Assembly (NCBI GenBank): GCA_051859245.1
Contig: JBHYGA010000005.1
Span: forward strand, 128,001 to 192,000
Direction of reading: 5' to 3'
From: Gemmatimonadaceae bacterium
Lineage (GTDB): Bacteria > Gemmatimonadota > Gemmatimonadetes > Gemmatimonadales > Gemmatimonadaceae
DNA: 64,000 nucleotides
Shown: in pieces, positions 57,809 to 64,000 of the stretch
How the letters are laid out: each line of letters starts with the position of its first letter
Numbering within the stretch: position 1 is the stretch's first letter
Notes under the pieces: generated by a model
Databases searched by the model: none
What the model was told of the DNA's origin: nothing
The model's input: the letters and a program-made list of their open reading frames with translations, nothing else
Translations under genes and position numbers: made by a program

Positions 57809-59104
57809 ATGTTCGATTCGAATATCCGCACCGTGGTGGTGGTGGGTGCGCAGTGGGGCGACGAAGGCAAGGGCAAGCTCGTAGACGTACTCGCCGAGCG
57901 TGCGGATTGGGTGGTGCGCTACCAGGGCGGCGCGAATGCCGGTCATACGGTGCACATCGGTGATCGCTCCTTTGTGTTGCATCAGGTGCCCAGCGGCATT
58001 CTGCACGGCGGCGTGCGCTGCGCGATTGGCAACGGTGTGGTGCTTGATCCCGAAACATTGTTTCACGAAATCGACGGCCTTGTCACCAAGGGTGTCGATG
58101 TCGAAGGTCGACTGTATGTGAGCGAGCGCGCACATCTCGTGCTGCCGTATCACAAGGTTATGGACAAGGCGAGCGCGGCGTCCAAGGAAATCGGAACGAC
58201 CGGACGCGGCATTGGGCCGGCGTACGAAGACAAGAGCGCGCGGCGTGGCGTGCGCGTGCTTGATCTGCGGTGGCCGGAGCGTTTGCGCGAGCAGGTCACG
58301 CGTGGTGTGGCGCACGCGAACGCGCGTCTCGAAGCGTCGGGCAGCGATCATCGCGCCAGTGTGGACGACACGATGGCGTTGCTCGAACAACTCGCCCCGC
58401 GTTTGCTCGCCGTGGCCGATGACGTGAGCCTGTGCGTGCACACGGCGATCAAGTCGGGTGCGGCGGTGTTGCTCGAAGGCGCGCAGGGTTCACTGCTTGA
58501 TGTGGATCACGGCACGTATCCGTTTGTCACGTCGAGCAACACGACAGCAGGCGGCGCGGCGACGGGTGTTGGTATCGGCCCGCGCGCGATTCACGCGGCG
58601 CTTGGTGTGGTGAAGGCGTACACAACGCGCGTTGGAAACGGTCCGCTGCCCACGGAGTTCGATGAGCCGCTGCAAACGCAGGTGCGCACGCTCGGCAACG
58701 AGTTTGGCGCAACCACTGGTCGTGCGCGTCGCTGTGGATGGTTTGACGACGTGGTCGTGCGGTACGCGGCGCGCGTGAACGGACTCACGGGACTTGCGGT
58801 GACCAAGCTCGACGTACTCGATACGCTGGATCGCATTGCGATCTGCACGGCGTACGAAGTGGACGGAGAACGCTACACGGAGTTTCCGGCTGACGTGGCG
58901 TTGCTTGATAGGGCGGTGCCGGTGCTGGAGTGGCATGAAGGCTGGAAGACGGATACAACAACGGCACGCACGCTCGAGGATTTGCCGAGTGCGGCGCGCA
59001 AGTATCTCGATCGCATGGAATCGCTCATCGATGTGCCGATTGCGTATGTCAGCGTAGGAACGCGACGCGACCAGATCATCGAGGGTCGGACCGTCGGGGC
59101 ATGA
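57809..59104 (+). CDS. purA: adenylosuccinate synthase
   Basis: GAQWGDEGKGK, GGANAGHT, GATTGRARRCGWFD. Confidence 0.96.
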   Translation: MFDSNIRTVVVVGAQWGDEGKGKLVDVLAERADWVVRYQGGANAGHTVHIGDRSFVLHQVPSGILHGGVRCAIGNGVVLDPETLFHEIDGLVTKGVDVEGRLYVSERAHLVLPYHKVMDKASAASKEIGTTGRGIGPAYEDKSARRGVRVLDLRWPERLREQVTRGVAHANARLEASGSDHRASVDDTMALLEQLAPRLLAVADDVSLCVHTAIKSGAAVLLEGAQGSLLDVDHGTYPFVTSSNTTAGGAATGVGIGPRAIHAALGVVKAYTTRVGNGPLPTEFDEPLQTQVRTLGNEFGATTGRARRCGWFDDVVVRYAARVNGLTGLAVTKLDVLDTLDRIAICTAYEVDGERYTEFPADVALLDRAVPVLEWHEGWKTDTTTARTLEDLPSAARKYLDRMESLIDVPIAYVSVGTRRDQIIEGRTVGA

Positions 59105-60168
59105 CGTCGAACGAGCAGGCAGCGGTGATGCGTGACGCACCGCTGCAGGTAGACCTGGCGATTGTTGGGGCGGGGCCGTGTGGGTTGGCGGCCGGTGTTG
59201 CCGCGAAGCGTGCGGGGCTGAGCGTCGTGCTCTACGATCGTGGGCCGATTGTATCGGGGATTGCGCAGTATCCCACGTACATGACGTTCTTTTCGACGGG
59301 CGAGCGGTTGTCGATTGGTGGGTTGCCGTTTGTGGTTGCGGGGGAGAAGCCGTCGCGGCGGGATGCGTTGGCGTACTACCGGGCGGTGGCGTCGCACTAC
59401 GATTTGCCGGTGCGGCAGTACGAATCGGTGGCCGCAATTACGGCAACTGCTTTGGAACGCAGAGACGCAGAGACGCAGAGACAGCATGATGGAGTAGGAC
59501 CGTATCGATGGACGGTGAAGTCATTAATGCGGTCGGGAAGGGAAAGGATTGTTGAAGCGCGGGCTGTGTGCGTGGCGACCGGGTACTTTGGGCGGCCGAA
59601 CAAGTTGGGCGTGTCTGGAGAAAATCTGCCGCATGTGCAGCATGGGTATACCGAAGGACATTCGGCGTGGCGTGAACCTGTCGTGATTGTTGGTGGTGGT
59701 AACTCGGCGGTGGATGCGGCGCTGGAGTTGCTTCGTGCTGAGGCCAAGGTGCAGATGGTGCACTTTGGCGAAGACTTTGATCGTGGTGTAAAGCCGTGGG
59801 TTCGGCCGGTGGTGGCGAATCGCATTCATGACGGAAGCATTGTGGCGCACTTTCAGTCGCGTGTTGTGGAGATCACGCCGGAGCATGTCGTGATTGAAGG
59901 GCCGGAGGGGCAGTCGCGCATTGAAGCGACGCAGGTCTATTTGCTGACCGGATACTTGCCGGAAACCGAATTGCTGGCGGACCTGGGTGTGCCGATTGAC
60001 GCGACCACTGGCGTACCACAGCACGATCCGGCCACGATGGCGACGCCTCTGCCGGGTGTCTACCTTGCGGGTGTTATTGCGTCTGGATTTGACGCAAACA
60101 AAATATTCATCGAGAACGGCCGCGATCATGGTGATTTGATCGTAGCACACCTCACCTCTTCTTCCTGA
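59101..60168 (+). CDS. ypdA: YpdA-family FAD/NADPH oxidoreductase (putative bacillithiol disulfide reductase)
   Basis: [42 protein letters not shown]. Confidence 0.85.
   Translation: MTSNEQAAVMRDAPLQVDLAIVGAGPCGLAAGVAAKRAGLSVVLYDRGPIVSGIAQYPTYMTFFSTGERLSIGGLPFVVAGEKPSRRDALAYYRAVASHYDLPVRQYESVAAITATALERRDAETQRQHDGVGPYRWTVKSLMRSGRERIVEARAVCVATGYFGRPNKLGVSGENLPHVQHGYTEGHSAWREPVVIVGGGNSAVDAALELLRAEAKVQMVHFGEDFDRGVKPWVRPVVANRIHDGSIVAHFQSRVVEITPEHVVIEGPEGQSRIEATQVYLLTGYLPETELLADLGVPIDATTGVPQHDPATMATPLPGVYLAGVIASGFDANKIFIENGRDHGDLIVAHLTSSS
59445..59484 (+). repeat. solo family-B repeat arm in-frame within ypdA
   Basis: AACTGCTTTGGAACGCAGAGACGCAGAGACGCAGAGACAG matches the arms at 20443 and 48171. 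Confidence 0.85.
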
Positions 60169-60176
60169 CCGGCTCC

Positions 60177-61520
60177 ATGGCACAACCCGACGTGATGGAC
60201 AAACTTGTGTCGCTCTGCAAGCGACGCGGCTTCATCTTCCAGTCGTCCGAGATTTACGGCGGCACGGGTTCCGTGTGGGACTACGGTCCACTTGGTGTTG
60301 AGCTCAAGCGCAACATCAAGGACCACTGGTGGAATGCCATGGTGCGCAGCCGCGATGATGTGGTCGGTCTTGACGCCGCCATTCTCATGCATCCGCGCGT
60401 ATGGGAAGCGAGTGGACACGTGGGCGGCTTTGTGGATCCACTCGTGGACTGCAAAACGTGCAAGGGCCGCTTTCGCGCCGACAAGTTGGAAGACGCGCGC
60501 TGCCCGCAAAAGCCGAGCAAGCAGCCGGGGCAGCATGATGCCTGCCAGCTTACCGAGCCGCGTCAGTTCAACCTGATGTTCAAGACGTTCATGGGCCCGC
60601 TCGAAGAGAGCGCGAGCACGGTGTATCTGCGCCCGGAAACGGCGCAGGGCATTTTTGTGAACTTCCTGAATGTGCAGCAGAGCACGCGTCAGAAGGTCCC
60701 GTTCGGCATTGCGCAGATTGGCAAAGCGTTCCGCAATGAAATCACGCCCGGCAACTTTATTTTCCGCACGCGTGAGTTCGAACAGATGGAAATGCAGTTC
60801 TTTGTCGAGCCAGGCACCGACATGGAGTGGTTCGAGCAGTGGAAGGCTGCGCGCATGAAGTGGCACCTCGACATTGGTCTGTCACCGGAGCGCCTGCAGT
60901 TCCATCAGCACGGCGCTGGCGAACTCGCACACTACGCGCGCGCGGCGTTCGATGTCACGTTCGACTTTGGCGGTACGCTCGGATTTCAGGAAATCGAGGG
61001 CATCCACAATCGCAGTGACTTCGACCTTACGCAGCACCAGAACTTCTCGAGCAAAAAGCTTGAGTACTTCGACCAGCCGAACAACAAACGCTACGTGCCG
61101 TATGTGGTGGAAACCTCAGTGGGCGCAGATCGCGTGACGTTGGCGGTGCTGGTGAATGCGTACCGTGAAGAGTCGGTCGAGGGTGAAGACGAGGGTCGCG
61201 TGGTGCTCGGCTTGCATCCCTCGCTGGCCCCGATCAAGGCGGCCGTTTTTCCGCTCACGCGCAAAGACGGCCAGCCCGAAATGGCGCGCCGCATTGTGGA
61301 AAATCTGCGGCCGGCGATGGCGGTGGACTACGACGAGACGGGCTCCATCGGCAAGCGCTATCGCCGCCAGGACGAAGTGGGTACGCCGTATTGCATTACC
61401 GTTGACCCGCAGTCGATCACCGATGAGAGCGTAACCGTTCGCGATCGTGATTCGCTGGCGCAGGATCGTGTGAACACGTCGCAGCTCAAGGCGTATCTGG
61501 CGGGCAAGCTGGCGGGTTAA
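60177..61520 (+). CDS. glyQS: glycine--tRNA ligase (alpha2 type)
   Basis: [48 protein letters not shown]. Confidence 0.96.
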   Translation: MAQPDVMDKLVSLCKRRGFIFQSSEIYGGTGSVWDYGPLGVELKRNIKDHWWNAMVRSRDDVVGLDAAILMHPRVWEASGHVGGFVDPLVDCKTCKGRFRADKLEDARCPQKPSKQPGQHDACQLTEPRQFNLMFKTFMGPLEESASTVYLRPETAQGIFVNFLNVQQSTRQKVPFGIAQIGKAFRNEITPGNFIFRTREFEQMEMQFFVEPGTDMEWFEQWKAARMKWHLDIGLSPERLQFHQHGAGELAHYARAAFDVTFDFGGTLGFQEIEGIHNRSDFDLTQHQNFSSKKLEYFDQPNNKRYVPYVVETSVGADRVTLAVLVNAYREESVEGEDEGRVVLGLHPSLAPIKAAVFPLTRKDGQPEMARRIVENLRPAMAVDYDETGSIGKRYRRQDEVGTPYCITVDPQSITDESVTVRDRDSLAQDRVNTSQLKAYLAGKLAG

Positions 61521-61551
61521 CTCTCCAAAGCACTGGCTGTCACCGGTGCAG

Positions 61552-61659
61552 GTGGAGGGAACGGGAAGGCGCGAAAAGCGCGAAGGACGCGAAGAAGAGC
61601 AACTGCTCAAGCTCTTCTTCGCGTCCTTCGCGCTTTTCGCGCTTTCCGGTGCCCTTCAC
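61552..61659. repeat. inverted-repeat element related to family A (likely bidirectional terminator)
   Basis: GGAAGGCGCGAAAAGCGCGAAGGACGCGAAGAAGAGC-AACTGCTCAA-GCTCTTCTTCGCGTCCTTCGCGCTTTTCGCGCTTTCC between convergent genes. Confidence 0.82.
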
Positions 61660-61694
61660 TCAAACATGAGACAACGCGGAGGAATCACCTGCGG

Positions 61695-64000
61695 TTAGAA
61701 ATCGAACTTGAAGCCCGTCTGGATGCGGCGACCATAAAACTCGTCCTGCATGAGCCGGCCGCGATTGCCCTGGAAGAAGCGCAGCGGGCGGTTGTTCAGG
61801 TTGTTGGCTTCGACAAAGAAGCGAGCAACCGGTGTGATCTGCACGCTGGCATTTGCATCGATGTCCGTACGGCGATCTGACCAACGATCGAAGAACGCGT
61901 CTTCGTTGTAGCCGCCTTCGCCGGCGTCGAGTGACTCGCTCTGGTAGTTGAACGCCACACGCATGGACACACGCGGCGCGTCGAACGAGAGCGACAGGTT
62001 GCCGCTGTGCTTCGCGGTGCCGAGCAGTGGGAGTTCTTCCAGTTCGCGACCTTCGAGGTCCAATCCTTCCGCGTTGGAGTCGTTGTAGTTGTAGTTCACA
62101 TACACACCAACGTAGCGCAGCAGCCCCGGGAGGAAATCAAGCTGGCGCTGGAAGGCCGTTTCAAAGCCGGTGATCTGCGCTTCGGCACCGTTCAACGGCT
62201 GATTGATCTGCGAGAACTCTCGATTCGTGACCGGGTCAACCGCTCCAAAACGCGACAGATTGAACACAAAGTCCGTGATGCGCTTGTGGTACACGCCAAC
62301 TGAGAACACACCAACACTTTCAAAGTAGCGTTCGGCCATCAGGTCAAAGTTCATGCTTCGCGTCGGATTCAGATTCGGGTTGCCGAGTGAGAGCTCGTCA
62401 TCCTCGAGGCTGATTTCGCGGTACGGCACGAGGTCAAAATAGTTCGGGCGCGCGATGGAGTTGGTCCACGCGGCACGCAGTACCGTGTTTGGTGCGGCGT
62501 CCCAACGGGCGTTGATGCTCGGAAGCACGTCGGTGTACGACTGCGAACCACTCGTGCGACGCGACGTCTCTTCATCGACGTCAAACTCGAACCCATTGTA
62601 GTCAACGTTGGTGTTTTCCACACGCACGCCGGCAATCAGGCTCAGTCGCGGACCGAAGCGCTGTTCGATCATGCTGTAGCCACTAGTCACACGTTCCGTC
62701 GCGTCAAAGTTGCCAGCGACATACTCGTCCGGCGTGTCAGACAGCTCGAACTGAGACGGGTTGAACAGATTGAGCCCAGCCAGGAAGTCGGGCGTGCTGT
62801 GCACGCCGTACTGGTAGTTGCCCGAGTAGTTGCGCGATGTGGTGAAGTCTGAACTGCCGGCCGCCGTGAGGTTACCAAAGGCAGTGAGCGGATCCGCTTC
62901 GAAGAAGCTGTTGTCGCGGAGCTTTTCCTTGCCGCGATAACGACCGCCAACTTTGAGACGCGTGGCATTCTCGCCTTCACGCAGCGGAAACATCAGGTCG
63001 ATGCGCGCGTTGCGATCTTCGTCCTTCGTGTAGCTATCAAGTTGCTCGATCTTGTCAAGCGAAAACGCGGACGGAGCGGCTGCTGCCGCATTCAACGCGG
63101 TGAACGAAGGATTCTGCTGGTCAGCGTAGTTCGCACGAAAGTTGACGCCTTCGTTCGCCCACACGATGTAACGTTCATCAGGGCGCGTCTCGGACGCACG
63201 TCCAATGCTTCCCTGCCACGTCAGCGTAGCGCGTCCACCCAGCAGATGTTCGCCGCTCAACATATGGCTTTGCGTGCGCTGATCTTCGAGGCGCGCATTC
63301 TTTACGCGGCTTGCCGGTCCACCACCCTTCGTTTCGCGAACGAGCTCGGCTTCCTGCACACCCTGTGCATCGGGCTCGCCAAACTCAAAGCCGGCCACAA
63401 AGCGATTTTCCCAGTCATCGCGGCTGTTGTACAGCGAGCGCAGCATAATGGAGTTGTTCTCGTTGAACCGATAGTCGAGTCCGGCCGAGAGAGAGCGGCG
63501 TGTACGCTGCACGTCGTAGCGACGAATCTCGAATTCCTCCATGTACGGCTGCCCTGCATCCGTGCGGTTCCACACGCCTTCCTTATTGTCGGAGCCAAAC
63601 TGCTGATCGTAATACGAGGCACTCGCAATCACGCCGAACTTGTTGTTCAGAAATCGATTGCCGATCACCAGACCGCCGAGCGCAACCGGCTTCTCGCGAA
63701 TGAAGTTGTAGCCACTGCCCGCCGTTGCTGACATGCGGAAGCCGGCCGGCGCCGCGCGCGTGACCACGTTGACCGATCCGCCGATGGCGTCAGCATCCAT
63801 GTCTGGCGTGAGCGTCTTGTTCACTTCGATGGCTTGCACCATGTCGGCCGGAATCAGGTCGAGCTGGACCTCGCGGACTTCGGCTTCGGCCGACGGAACA
63901 CGCTCGCCGTTCACCATCACCGAGTTAAAGCGCGGCTCCGTGCCACGAATGGAACCAAAGCGTGCTTCGCCCTGGTCGAGCGCAACGGTCACGCCCGGCA
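61695..64000 (-). CDS. TonB-dependent receptor (5' part outside window)
   Basis: Plug motif IEVNKTLTPDMDADAIGGSVN, GNPNLNPT, C-terminal Phe. Confidence 0.92.
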   Translation of the reverse strand, partial: PGVTVALDQGEARFGSIRGTEPRFNSVMVNGERVPSAEAEVREVQLDLIPADMVQAIEVNKTLTPDMDADAIGGSVNVVTRAAPAGFRMSATAGSGYNFIREKPVALGGLVIGNRFLNNKFGVIASASYYDQQFGSDNKEGVWNRTDAGQPYMEEFEIRRYDVQRTRRSLSAGLDYRFNENNSIMLRSLYNSRDDWENRFVAGFEFGEPDAQGVQEAELVRETKGGGPASRVKNARLEDQRTQSHMLSGEHLLGGRATLTWQGSIGRASETRPDERYIVWANEGVNFRANYADQQNPSFTALNAAAAAPSAFSLDKIEQLDSYTKDEDRNARIDLMFPLREGENATRLKVGGRYRGKEKLRDNSFFEADPLTAFGNLTAAGSSDFTTSRNYSGNYQYGVHSTPDFLAGLNLFNPSQFELSDTPDEYVAGNFDATERVTSGYSMIEQRFGPRLSLIAGVRVENTNVDYNGFEFDVDEETSRRTSGSQSYTDVLPSINARWDAAPNTVLRAAWTNSIARPNYFDLVPYREISLEDDELSLGNPNLNPTRSMNFDLMAERYFESVGVFSVGVYHKRITDFVFNLSRFGAVDPVTNREFSQINQPLNGAEAQITGFETAFQRQLDFLPGLLRYVGVYVNYNYNDSNAEGLDLEGRELEELPLLGTAKHSGNLSLSFDAPRVSMRVAFNYQSESLDAGEGGYNEDAFFDRWSDRRTDIDANASVQITPVARFFVEANNLNNRPLRFFQGNRGRLMQDEFYGRRIQTGFKFDF

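Overview
GC-rich bacterial chromosome segment. Protein signatures (EF-Tu switch I variant, alpha2-type GlyRS, eukaryote-like Ser/Thr kinase, PEP-CTERM protein) suggest Gemmatimonadota; this is my inference. Most of the window is the core translation/transcription supercluster: tRNA-Thr, rpmG-secE-nusG-rplKAJL-rpoBC, rpsL-rpsG, fusA-tuf-S10-spc-secY-adk-map. Housekeeping genes include cls, ftcD, suhB, trpS, pilT, a DHDPS-family gene, purA, ypdA, glyQS and a partial TonB receptor. Unusual parts: (1) the str operon is split between rpsG and fusA by a ~7 kb block. It holds a c-di-GMP-I riboswitch, a lectin-like lipoprotein, an NfrA-like TPR protein, an NfrB-like MshEN glycosyltransferase with a one-base frameshift, wecB and a PEP-CTERM gene. 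(2) A cobalamin riboswitch with a terminator precedes a B12-dependent class II ribonucleotide reductase. (3) Three families of long inverted-repeat elements share an AACTGC core and 8-9 nt sub-repeats, and one arm lies in-frame inside ypdA. (4) A lower-GC cassette encodes a LuxR regulator, a lipoprotein with a glycine-rich tail and a small membrane protein, resembling a toxin-immunity module. (5) Long structured leaders precede fusA and rpmG. All calls come from reading motifs by eye; no searches were run.
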